Assembly: GCA_013239625.1 (NCBI GenBank)
Contig: MU053216.1
Location: 2,322,943 to 2,386,942 of the forward strand
Length of the DNA stretch: 64,000 nt
Direction: 5' to 3'
Source of the DNA: Lama guanicoe
Taxonomy: Eukaryota
Position numbers and translations under genes: made by a program. Of this stretch, positions 12,001 through 24,339 are shown piece by piece. Numbering within the stretch: the first letter of the stretch is position 1; each line of letters starts with the position of its first letter. The notes beneath the pieces are model-generated. The model saw only the letters and a list, made by a program, of their open reading frames with translations. It ran no database searches and was not told the origin of the DNA.

Positions 12001-14583
12001 ATATAAGAAGAAAAGAAATTATATACCATGGCCAAGTGGGATTTATCCCAGGTTAATTTAAAATATGAAAACTAATTATACCATATTAATAAAGGACAAA
12101 ACCACATAATCATGTCAGTAGACCACAAGAAAAAAAATGATAAAAATCCAACATGCTTGCATGGTTAAAAAAAAAACTTCAGAAACCAGGAGAAGTTTCC
12201 CTAAGTAACAGTGGTCATCTATGCAAAACTGACAGCTAACATTTAATGGTTGAAGACTGCATGCTTTCCCCATAAGATCAGGAACAAAAACAAGGATGTC
12301 CACTCACACCGCTTCTATTCAATATCTTACTGGAAGTTCTAGCCAGGACAGTTAGGCTAGCAGGGAAAGTACAAGGCCCAGGTTGGAAAGAAAGAAATAA
12401 ACTACACCTCCATTTGCAGACGGCGTGATCTTGAATACAGAAAACAAGAAATTCACTAAAAAACTATTAGAACTAATACGTAGGTTCAGCAGCATTGCAG
12501 GACACAAAATCAATATATTAAAATCAATTGTATTTCTACACATTAGCAATAAGCAATATGAAATGATTTATTAAGAAAATTCCAGCAGCATCAAAAAGAA
12601 TAAAATAGTTAGGAATAAATTTAACAAAAGAAGTGCAAAATTTGTACTCAGAAAACTACAGAACATTCTTGAAAGAAATTACTAAAGACCTAAAAGAATG
12701 GAAAAACATCCTGTGTTCAGAGATCAGAGGACTTAAGATGTCAAGATGGCAATATTCACTAAGTTGGTCTACAGATTCAACACGATTTTAATCAAAATCT
12801 CAGCTTCCTTTTTTTGGGGCATAAATTTACAAACTATTTCTAAAATTCATATAAAATTTCAAAGGACCTAGATTAGCCAAAACGATCTGTAAAAAGAAGA
12901 ACAAAATTGTAAGGACCACACTTCATGATTTCAGGACTTTCTACAAAGCTGGCATAATCAAGGCAGAGTGGTGCTGGCATACAGACTGACATACAGATCA
13001 ATGAAACAGAATTGAGAGTCCAGAAATAAACTGCAATCTTTATGGTCAATTGATTTTCAGCAAGGGTGTCAAATGACTCAATGGGGGAAAATAATCTTTT
13101 CAATAAATGGTGCTGGAACTACTGGATAGCCACATGCAGAAGAATGAAGATGAACCCATTCTATACACCACACACAAAACTAACTCAGAATTGATCATAG
13201 GCTTACACTGACTAAAACTATAAAACTCTTAGAAGAAAGCACAGAAGTAAATCTTTATGACTTTGAGTTAAGTAATGGCTTCTTAAATACAGTACTAAAA
13301 GCAAAACCTACCAAATAAAAAGTAGATAAACTGGATTTTATCAGACTAAAAACTGTTATACAACAAAAAAAATCATAATAGTGACAACACCAAAATGGTA
13401 TACAGAAAACCCACAGAATGGGGAAAAAACTGTGAATCATTTATCTATAAGGGACTTGTTAACTAGAATATATTTTGAACTCTTACAACTCAACAATAAA
13501 AAGACAACACAAGTTTAAAATGCACGAAGGATCTGAATAGACATGTCTCTAAAAAGATAAACAAACGGAGAGTAAGCACCTGAAAAGATGTTCAGCGTCA
13601 TTAGTCATTAGGGAAATGCAAGCCAAAAGCACAAGGAAATGCCATTCTACACCCATCTGGATATTTATAATCAAATAGGTAGACAATAGCGTGTGTTGGA
13701 GACGTGGACAAATAAAAATGCTTACATATTCCTGGTGGGAATGTAAAATTGGGCAGCTGCCTTGGAAAATAGTTTGGCAGTTCTCAAAATGTTAAACATA
13801 GTCACTACGGCAATTTCATTCCTAGGTATATATACTCAAGAGAAATGAAAACCTACATTCATACAAAAATCTTATCCATGAGTATATATAGTACTATTAT
13901 TCATAATTGCCAAAAAATGGAACAGCCCAAATGCTCATTAATTTACTGATGGAAAAGTGAAATATAACATATCTATATCTATACACATATACACAGTGGA
14001 ATATTATTCAGCCATAAAAAGGAACAAAGTACCAACTCATACTACAATATAGATGAACCTTGAAATCATTATGCTAGTATAAGAAGCCTGTCACTAAAGA
14101 CAACAAACTGTATGATTTCATTATATAAAATGTCCAGAGTAGACAGATCTCTAAAAACTAATAAGTGGTTGCCCAAGGATGGGGGACAGAATGGGAGTGA
14201 CTGCTAATAATTACAGGTTTCTTTTGGGGGTGATAAAAATATTCTAAAATTAGATTCTGGCGACAGCTGCACACCTCTGTGAATATACTAAAAAACACTG
14301 AATAGGCATATATTTTTAATAGGTGAATTGTATGGTATGTGAATTATATCTCGATAAAGCTGTTAAAAAGACAGTATTGCAGTATTTCGACTAGTCTAAA
14401 TGGGAATAATTTCTAGTAAATTACAGACTGAATTCCATTAAATACAGAAAAGTTATGGCTGTGTGGATGGAACAGCCATGGAAAGTCCAGATTTGGTTCA
14501 TAGCTCTGAGACTGGGATTATGCTTTCAAATTAATTACAAGTTAACATCTGTGTCTGCCTATAAATGTCCATGAAAAGTTGTG
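8355..14583 (+). pseudogene. CTLD remnant 6, split by the long L1MB-type element
   Basis: 5' half WPHPVSPFCPARNFTHFLSF 8409-8468; 3' half YGCVDGT 14454-14474 and LCFQINYKLTSVSAYKC 14518-14568; donor gtaagt 14584-14589. Confidence 0.5.
8500..14370 (+). mobile_element. Near full-length ancient L1 with L1MB7/8-type 3' end and internal deletions
   Basis: Degenerate ORF1 (9744-9953), endonuclease (QDPTVHCLQE at 10850) and RT-region sequence; 3' end ...gtgaattgtatggtatgtgaattatatctcgataaagctgtt. Confidence 0.9.
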
Positions 14584-14767
14584 GTAAGTTTTAAAATCAA
14601 ATCTACTCACTGGTCTTACTCCAAAAGTTGCTAGCCTGCCAAAGGTCAAAAAATGAGACTGTGTTTAGTCTCCGTATGCAAAGCCAAAGGAGAGGCAGGA
14701 CAAACAAGAGTTCTTTCTCCTCTGGGTAATGTCCCCCCAGCTCTTATTCCCCAAAGGAAGGGCAAGA

Positions 14768-15097
14768 TTTTTTTTAACATTTTTATTGTGGTCTGATTCC
14801 TGTACAGTAAACAACACATATGTCAGATGTACACTTTGATAAATTTTGATAGATGTACACACCGATGAACCCACCACCACAATAACATCAAGATAGCTAA
14901 CATTTCCATCACTCCCCAAGAGGTGCAATTTTTGAATTCTCAATTTATCCCTTCCCACCCCCTTAACTCCCTAGTAACCATACGTTTGTTCTCTGTCAGT
15001 CTGTTTCTGTTTTGTAGATAAGTTCATTTGTGTCCTTTTTTACATTCTACATGTAAGTGGTATCAACATGGATGGACCTGGAGATCATCATTCCAAG
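14768..15097 (-). mobile_element. Composite L1 3' fragment with a short 5' inversion
   Basis: Old-type L1 tail 14768-14920; young-type 3'UTR 14925-15064 on the minus strand; sense piece aacatggatggacctggagatcatc 15065-15097. Confidence 0.7.
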
Positions 15098-15420
15098 GAC
15101 AAGCTTTTAATATATCTTTAGATGCCAAATGTCCACGTGAAGAAAAAAGAAAGAAATTCTATGAAATATGTAAATAATCTAATCCCCCAATTCAGTTGCT
15201 TCTGCTTGACTCTTTTTTTTTATTTTTGAATAGAATGCTCACTTCAAAACATCACACTATTAGCAAAATGCATTCTGAATCCAAAACAAGTTGTTTGCGC
15301 TTCTGTGACAGAGTTCAGCTTTTACACGTTACTATACTTTGTATGGTAATTAGACATTACTATAATTTGTATTTTCCTAAGGAAAACAACTATTATCTGA
15401 ACACAATTTTGTTTTCCAAG

Positions 15421-15826
15421 TCGATTTGAAGAGTCATTAATTGGACTTTGAGATAAATCAATTTAGGAGGACACGATGGGATGTAGAAATACATCTTGAA
15501 AGTGATTAATGACATCAAAGGAAATAATGAATAGCATGTTCCTTGGAAATGGACTGTAAGCGTTCAGTGTCGAGTGATATTCTACATCTGCAGTTCTCAG
15601 CCCGCCACCTAAGACCCAATTTTTCTGCCATTATAAACACAGCTGTGATATGTTTTCTGCAACTGTAACTGCAAAAGAAAGAGAGAAGAATATTACGCTA
15701 TTGATATATTACTATTGATGCTGCTTTTGTAAAATCAATGGCTTTTGGGGGGTGCGGAATACTTCAGTGGCCAACAGATGGGCGGAGTTGCTTAGAAGAT
15801 GGAAATACTGCAGCCAAAAGAAATAG
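15421..15826 (+). pseudogene. CTLD remnant 7
   Basis: AG at 15419-15420; *EDTMGC 15464-15484 (TAG at the Trp position); DIKGNNE; donor gtaagc 15556; CGILQW 15753; YCSQKK 15806; donor gtaagt 15827. Confidence 0.5.
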
Positions 15827-15949
15827 GTAAGTGGAGGCAGACAGTGACCAAGGGCTCTTCTTGGGGCATCAATGCCCCTGATCCTAAGTGCTGTGAGTTA
15901 ATTCTTACTACTTCTTCTGATAGCTGGTATTTATTGAGTTACTTTTTAA

Positions 15950-16200
15950 TTTACTTAAAATGTTTTTAGAAAGTTGAAGTACAGTCAGTTTATACTGTGT
16001 CAGTTTCTGGAGTACAGCATGTTTCAGGCGTAAGTGTACATACGTATATTCCATTTCACATTCTCTTTCATCATAGGTTACTCTAAGATACTGAATATAG
16101 TTCCCTGTGCTGTACCGTAGAAACTTGTTGTTTATCTATTTTATATATAGTAGTGAGTATCTGTAAATCTCGAATTCCCGATTTATCCCTTCCCACCCCC
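15950..16200 (-). mobile_element. Young cetartiodactyl/camelid-type L1 3' end
   Basis: gaatatagttccctgtgct...gaaacttgttgtttatctattttatat motif; TSD-like tttattga-tta-ttttaa at 15930-15949 and 16201-16219. Confidence 0.85.
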
Positions 16201-16984
16201 TTTATTGATTTATTTTTAAGTAGCATTTCCCCATTGGACAATGTAAACAAGTCAAGGCTTAAAGTGAGATGAGAGAACGTGGGAAATCCGTAACTGGACG
16301 TGCTCACAGGGAGAACCAAAGTTAAGGTCCTCTTCCTCCCACCCTCCCACCACGTTTACAGATTCGATTTACATTAACCTGGGAAGGGTAAGTTTTGGAT
16401 AACAATGTTCAGTTTCCTTAATGTCACCCAGACTTCTCAAAATCACTTTAATCTTCATATTGAATTTTCTGTTTTATCTTGCAAAAGTAACCATATAAAG
16501 CCCAAATAAAACAAAACATCTGTTGATCAGAACCAACCAGATATATACACACAATTAATAGAAACTTGGACAAACAAGTTTGCTGTTTGTTCCTTGTGGA
16601 AACTGGAAAATACATTATATATTTAGATGGTTACACATCATTCTCTTCACTACCTCCACCCCCGTGAAAAATGCATTATGGTACGTTTTATTTAGAAAGA
16701 AAAAGACATTTAGTTGTTATTATACAAGCAGCACATGTGAATGCTCCTGCTTGAATAGAACAATAAACAGAATGAATTATCTAATTTTTGACATAATTAT
16801 ATTATAGGAACAGCTTTCTAATATATACTTTATCCTCTGCTAAATTTGTTGGTTGTGATGGCAAAATGATGTGAATGGTAAGGAGTAAGAAGTTTGAAAT
16901 TCTGGACTATTTTTGAAAGTAAATATTCATTTACAAAACAAGAAACAGAAAACCGTGCAGACAGTGCAGTCTTGTAGTGGCTGC

Positions 16985-17130
16985 AGGCAAAGACTCACTC
17001 GGTTTAGCCCTGTTCCCACGAGCACTGGCTCTCTCACCTTGAAGGTGTAACCTCACTGAACCTCAACGCTTCATCTCTGGAACTGGATAATAATTTGCCT
17101 GCTTCATAAAAGAGTTATCAAAACGAACAT
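16985..17130 (+). mobile_element. MIR SINE
   Basis: Degenerate core (aacctcactgaacctca...catctctggaactggataataat). Confidence 0.6.
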
Positions 17131-17399
17131 TTAAAAATCTACTTTAATGATCTGTATTGTTACTAAACCCTGTTCTTCTAAAGATATTCAATTAAATATC
17201 AATAAAAGCACCTACTTTATATTACTTCTACAACTATACACAGTAATCTTAAAGTGAGGTCAACTCAAAATGCATTACATAGGTGCTATTTAAGTTTAAA
17301 GAGAAATCTTACAGTAGTTAATTTTATTAGCCTGTGCATATTACGTGCTTATTCAAGAACTGACCTACAGGTAGAGATGCTCTTTAAATCAGGCATGAG

Positions 17400-17705
17400 A
17401 AGACTGTACCCAAAGGCACGTCACAGTCTTCTGACGTTCCGAACTGAGACAGCGCTTCAGCACTGTCCTTCAGGGCCACTTTAAACAGCAAAATCATCAA
17501 CAAAAAGCACAAAAAATGTGAAAAATGTGTCACTAAATAGACCAGAAAAAGGATCCTTGTCTACAGTTTGGCACCTGAAACAGAAGATGGAACATCACCT
17601 TGTGTGACCCCGGTGGGAACGTGCGCACTGACTCGTCACCTCCTCATGTTCACCTGCGACCACAGAAGTGCCACGGGTATAGGTTTTAGTGAGAAGGCAA
17701 ATTTT
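17400..17705 (-). mobile_element. TcMar-Tigger DNA transposon fragment (MER82-like)
   Basis: tttaaacagcaaaatcatcaacaaaaagcacaaaaaatgtg...cactaaatagacc matches the recalled consensus. Confidence 0.65.
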
Positions 17706-17789
17706 AAATTTTTTATTAGATTTATTGGAACTTTATTTTCATACAAATGACTTTGTATTCATATCTGAAAAATGACTGGCTTTTTTTCT

Positions 17790-20700
17790 TTTTCTCATTT
17801 TATCAAGGTATTTCCCCTTTTTTAGAGTATAGTTCTGTGTATTTTCACAAATATGCAAACAAAATCAAGATATAGAACACTTACACACCTCAGAAAGTCC
17901 CCCATGCTCTTGCACAGTCACCCTGTCGCCAGCCCATCTCAATGCAATCAGTTGCATTTCTGTCCCCATAGTTTTGCCTTTCCCAGAATGACGTATGAAC
18001 AGAATCCTGTAGTATGAAGCCTTTTAAGTCTGCCTTCTCTCATCAGTCTAAAGCACCTGCTCTGCATATTTGCATAAATGCAATATACGTAATTCATCCA
18101 CATTGTTACCCACATCAGTAGTTTGTCTCTTCTTTTTGCTGAGTTGTTTTGCATTGTGTGAATAGCCACAATTCGTTTTTCCATCTCCATATGAAGGACA
18201 TCTTGGTTGTTTCCAGTTTTGGGCTGTCAATGGGTAATGGACATTAGTGTGCAGAAGTTTATGTAAATGTAAGTTTTCATTTCTCTAGAGCAAATACTGA
18301 GCAAGAGGATTGTTGGATTATATGGTTAGTGTATGTTAATTTTACCAGAAACTGCCAAACTGTTTCCAAAGTGGCTGTACCATTTTGTTTCTACCAGCAA
18401 TGTTTGAAAAGTTCCAGTTGCTTTAAACATCTTTGCTGGCATTTGATACTGACAGTTTTTGTTTGTTTGTGAATACTTCCGTTCTAATAGATGTGTTGTG
18501 GTATCTCATTATGGTTTGGTTTGCATTTCTCTGATGACTATTAATATTTAGAATTTTTTTCGTGTGCTTATTTACCATTGATATATCTTCTTTTGTGATG
18601 TGTCTGTACAAGTCATCTTCGTATTTTAAAATCAGATTATTGCTTTTCTTACTATTGTGTTTAGAGTATTACATATTCTAGATATAAATCCTTTATCAGA
18701 TATGTGAATTAAAAATCTTTAATTCTAATCTGTGGCTTATCTTTTCATTCTCTTAACAGTGTCTGTTGAAGAACAGAAGTTTCAAATTTTGGTGAAGTCC
18801 AGTTTAATTGCTTTTGTTTATGGCTAATTCTTTTACTCTTGCATCTAGAAAACTTTATCTAACGTCGCATCTTGAAGACTTTCTCCTGTATTTTTCCCCA
18901 GCATTGCTACGGTTTTTGATTTTTAGTTTAGAGCTATGATTCATATGAAGTTGAGGTATGCACATGGTAGAAGGCATGGGATGAGGCTCATTTTTAAAAA
19001 AATATGTGACTGTCCAATTGATATGTTATAATTTGTTGAAAAGAATTATCCTTTCTCCATTGTCAAATCTTTATCAAAAGTCAATTTATTATATATATAC
19101 GGAGCTATATTTTCGGACTCTATTCTATTTCATTGGTCTATAATCTTTCCCTTCAACAGTATCACATTATCTTGTTTACTACAACTTTGCAATCTATCTT
19201 AAAGAATTGAAATTGGAGGTAGTGTGAATTCTCCAACTTTTCACTTTCACAAAATTGTTTTGGCTCTTTTTGTTCCTTTGCCTTTTTATGTAAATACTGG
19301 AATTAACACATCAGTTTCCATCAAACATTCTGCTGGAATTTGATTGAATTTACATTGAACCTATAGATAACCATGGGGAGAATTGGCATATTAACGATGC
19401 TGGGATTTCTAATTCATGAACATAGTATATCGTTCCATTTATTTAGAACTTCTTCAATTTCTTTCATCAGTATTTTGTAGTTCTCTGTATATAGATTTTG
19501 CACAGATTTTGCCAGGTTTTTTCCAAAGTATGTCATATATTTTGATGCTCTTAACTTAAATTTCCAGTTATTCATTGCTGGTACATAGAAATACTATTGA
19601 TTCTTTTCTTGACTTTTTATCCTGGAAATTTTACAAGTCACTTAGTAAGTCTAGTAGCAATTTTGTAATTTTTTTGAATTTCTATGTAGGCAATTATTCT
19701 TCTACAAAAAGAGACAATTTTATTTCTTACCAATTTGTCTGCCCTTTATCTGGTTTTGTTGTCAGATTGTATTGCCTAGGTTATCCGGTACAATACTGAA
19801 TAGGAGTAGTGAAAGATGACATATTTGCTTTGTTCCTGATCTTACTGGAAAACAATTAAGTCTTTGATAATTCAGTCTGATATTGGCTGTAGCTTTTTCT
19901 TTTTTTATAGATACTCCTTATCAAATTGAAGAAGATCCTATTTTCCTAGTTTGCTGACTGATTTTTACTTTCAGTTGATGCTGAAATGTGTCAAATTTTT
20001 TCCTCTTCTATTAAGTTGGATGCTTCTTTGTCTTTAGGTTGTTGATATGGTGAATTATATTAATTACTTTAAAAATATTGGACTGGTCTTTTATTCCAAG
20101 ATAAACCCCACTTGGTCATGAATATTATCCTTTCAATACAGAGTTGGATCCAATTTGCTAAATTTTAGTTTGGAATTTTTATATCCATCTCCATGAGGCA
20201 TAATGACCAGTAGTTTTATTCACTTGAATTTTCACTGTCTCACTTTGGAATCGAGTTAATTCTCTCTTTGGTGAATGGCTTGGAAAGTATTCTCTTATCT
20301 CAAATTTGTGGAAGAGTTTATGTAGAATTGGTATAATTTATTCCTTAGATATTTGATGGAATTCACTGGTGAAACCATATAGGCCTGGGGTTTCCATTTT
20401 GGGAAGTTTTTAACTGTAGATTCAATCATTTAAAGGTGTAATTGTAGGTTCTGCAGTAATGACCACTCTCGTATTCTTGATATTAGCAATTTGTGTCTTT
20501 TATTTTATTTTCTAAAATCTTGCTAGTGGTTTATCAATGTTCTCAATCTTTTCAAAGAAACAATTGTGTTTTATTTGAATTGATTTTTCTCTTTAAACAA
20601 CACAGAACATTATGTTTTCTATTTTATTAATTTTTTTCTCTTAATTATTAAATAACATAATTGAATGTAATAAATATATATATTTATATATAATTATATA

Positions 20701-21990
20701 TATAATCAGTATAGTCATATATAACTATATCATATAATTAAATATAATTATATGTAATTATTATAATTATCTTAATTATTTCCTTATTTTTGCTTTTTGG
20801 GGGTTTGATTTGCTGTTTTATTTCAATGTCTCTTGCTGGTAGCATAGGTAATTGATTTTAGACCTTTATTTTCCAATATAGGTGTTTAGTGCTATAAATG
20901 ATTTCATCTAAATACTGATTGAATCTCATAACTTTATTTCATTCAATTCTCCTTTTACTTTCTTCTTTAACCCATATTATTTAGTTGCCAAATATTCAGG
21001 TATTTTCTAGATATCCTTCTGTTACTGATTTCCAAGTTAATAACTGTGGTCAGATAATAAATTTGATAATTTAAGTTTTTTTAAATTTACTGAGTTTTTT
21101 TTAATGAGTCTGCATTCTGCTATTTTTATGTAGAGTCTTCTATGAATCTCAGTCAGGCCCAGGTGACTGATGGTATTGTTTAAGTCTTCTATGCCTTAAC
21201 TGATTTTCTGTCCACCACTTATTAAGAAAAGGATATTGAAGTCACTGACTATAGCTATTGTTTGCTGCATGTCTTCTTAGCTCTGTCATATATTCCATTA
21301 TGCATTTCTTCATAAATTGTGAAGCTCTGTCATAAAGTACACAAGCTTATAGGATTGTTACATACTCTTCACAAATTGACCCTTTTATTGAAATGACCTT
21401 CCTTACCTCTGGTACTATTCTATAATCTGAATCAACTTTTTTCTTATATTAATGTAGCCACCCCAGTTTTTTTGGGGGGATTAGTATTAGCGTGATATAT
21501 CTTTTTCCTTCTTTTAACTTTTAACCTAATTGTGTTTGTATTTTGCATAGATTCTCGTAGGCAGCATATAATTGAGTATTGCAAATTTTATATATATATA
21601 TATAAAATATATATATTTGACAGTCTCTGTGTTTTAAATGGTTTATTTAGACCCTTTACATTTAATATGTGTATCATTATGTTTGTGTTTAAATATACCA
21701 TTTGCTATTCATTTTCTATATGTCTCATTCTTTGTTCCTTTTTACCACATGATCTGCCTTCTTTTGAATCAACTGACTATTTTTGAATTAAATTTTATCA
21801 CCACTGTTGGCTTATTAGCTATAATGTTTTGCTGTCATTTTAGTATTTGAATGTACGTGTGTAATTCATCAGTCTACTTGCACGCACATTTCTTTTCCCA
21901 TGCCAGGTCTTTGTGCTATTGTCACACATTTTACTCTACATCTGTTATGAATCCTACAATAGGAAATGTTTTAAACAGCAAATTAACATT
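17790..21990 (-). mobile_element. Old L1 (L1MC/MD-like), 3' end through ORF2
   Basis: ORF2 C-terminal remnants in ORFs 18423-18611(-) and 18048-18230(-); continuous degenerate ORF2. Confidence 0.85.
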
Positions 21991-22084
21991 TTTAAACAAA
22001 TTTGTTAATGTATATTTTACATATCACAAAATCTACCCATCTCAAATGTCAATTCAAGGATTTTTAGTAACTTTAGCAAGTGGT

Positions 22085-24310
22085 ACATTCATTATATATG
22101 ATTATTTCAAGTTGCTGATCTTTTACATTCAAATGCATTTAAACAACACTGCATTTTTCTTCTCCTCTCCCCACATTTACTGTCTGTGTGACATCATATT
22201 TTAAATCCTTTTATTTCATGTATCCCTTAACTACTTATTGTGGACATAGATGATTTTACTACTTTTGTCATTTAAGTGTCCTACCAGCTTTATAAATGTT
22301 TGATCTACTACCTTTACTATGTATTTGCCTTACTAAGGAGATTCTGCCCTTTGTATTTTTCATAGTTTTAGTTGTGGCCCTTCCTTTTTCCCTTTAGGAA
22401 GTCTCTTTAACGTTTCTTGTAAAGCTGGATTCGTGGTACTGAGCTCCTTTAACTTCTGCTTGTCTGTAAAGCTTTTGATCTCTCCTTCAACTCTGAATGA
22501 AGGCCTCGCTGGGCAGAGTATTCTTGGTGTAGATTTGTCCATTTCATCGCTTTACATAGCATGCCGCTCCCTTCTGGCATGCATAGTTTCTGCTGAAAAG
22601 CCATCTGATGGCTTTATGGGAGTCCCTTGTACGTAATTTGACGTTTTCCTCGTGCTACCTTTAGTATTCTCTCCTTAACTTTAACTTTTTGCCATTTCGA
22701 TTACCATGTGTCTTGGTGTGGTCCTCTTCGGGTTGATCCTGTTTGGGACTCTCTTTGCTTCCTGGACCTGGATGTTTGTTGCCTCCCCCAGGTTAGGAAA
22801 GTTTTCAGCTATGTCTTCTGACATATTCTCTGCCCCTTTCTCTCTCCTGCTTCTGGGACGCCTATAATAAGAATGTCAGTACATCTGATGTTGTCCCAAC
22901 GGTCTCTTAAACTGTCCTCATTTTAAAAAATTCTTTTTTCTTTTTTCTGTTCAGCTTGAGTGGTTCCCATTACTCTGTCTTCCAGCTCACTGATCTGTTC
23001 CTGTGTATCATCTACTCTTCTGTTGATTCCTTCTAACGTATTTTAAAATTTCAGTTATTGTATTATTCAGTTTTATTTGGCTCTTCTTTATATTTTCTAA
23101 CTCTCTGTGAAAAAACTTCTAACTTCCCACTCTATTTATCCATTCGTGTCCCAAGTTCTTTGAGTGTGTTTATGATCATTACCTTAAGTTCTTTATCGGG
23201 TAGATTGCCTATCTTCATTTCACTTATTTCTTCTTCTGGGGTTTTATCTTGTTCCTTTGTTTGGAACATAATTCTCTGTTGTCTCATTTGGCCTAATTTG
23301 CTGTTTTGCTTTCTATGTGTCTTAGTTATATTTTTCAATCTTGGAGAAGTGGCCTTATGTAGGAAGTGTCCTATGGGGCCCAGCAGCATACTCCCCTCTG
23401 GTAACCAAAGCTATATGCTTTACGACTGTTCTCTGTCGGCAGCATGACTCCTTCTCTTCTCTGGCTTTGGGGTTCTGGGGCCCCAGAGTTGGTACTGGAC
23501 TGCAGGTGGGCAGGGCTGTGGCCCAATGGGTCCTTGAAATGATGTCTGGCCACTGGTGGGTAAAACCAGGTCTCAGTGCTACTGTCAGTCCACTGGTGGA
23601 GTGGGCTATGTCCTGGCTTCTCTGGCTGTGAAGCCCTGGGGGTATCAAAGTTACTGTTGGCCCAGAGGCAGGTGGGGTTGTGGCTCAGGAGATTCCTGGG
23701 CTGGTGTTTACCCCTTGGTCTGTCAGGCTGGGTCCAGGAGCTAGTGCTGCTCTGCCGATGGGTGGGGCCACATCCCTGCCCAGCTAGCTGTCTGGCCTGG
23801 GGTATTCCAGGACTGGTGCTAACTGGCTGGTGGGTGGGTCTGGGTCTCAACACTAATAAGCTAGAGGGAGGATTCCAAAATGGTGCTCCCAGCACCAGTG
23901 CCCTTGTGGAGGGATCAGCTCCACAAGATGGCTGCTGCCGGCGTCTGCATCCCAGCGTGAATTTCGGCTGCTTCCTGCATCTCCAAGAGGCTCCCCAAGT
24001 TTAGCAAGTTTAGCAAGTTGGTCTGACCCAGGATCCTTCTGAATTACTGCTTCTGCCCTGAGTCCTAGAGCATGTACGATTTTTGTGCACCTTTTAAAAG
24101 TGGAATCTCTATTTCCCACAGCTCTCTGGTTCTCCCCAAAGTAAGCCCCACTGGCCTTCAAAGTCAAATGTTCTGGGGGCTTATCTTCCCAGTGTAGGAT
24201 CCCGGGCTGGGGAGCCCGAGGTGGGGCTTAGATCCTCCACTCCGTGGAGAGAACCTCTGTAGATGAAGTCACCCTCATCTGCAGACTGTCCACCTGGGAG
24301 TGTGGGCCGT
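22085..24310 (-). mobile_element. Younger L1 5'UTR + ORF1 nested in the old L1
   Basis: PRILCPARPSFRVEGEIKSFTDKQKLKE and MRQQRIMFQTKEQDKTPEE are L1 ORF1p-like; GC-rich 5'UTR 23400-24310. Confidence 0.85.
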
Positions 24311-24339
24311 GACGGCACCGTGTCAGCACCTTCCTCCTC

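Noticed and set aside
11389..14381. acagtattgca at 11389-11399 and 14371-14381 as a TSD for a nested L1
   Set aside because: The upstream copy can be read as ordinary L1 ORF2 sequence and the downstream flank fits the lectin remnant better; likely chance, though not excluded
15767..15785. CTCF-like sites (tggccaacagatgggcg; also ~43340 gcatcacctagtgga)
   Set aside because: Imperfect spacing or mismatches; not supportable from sequence alone
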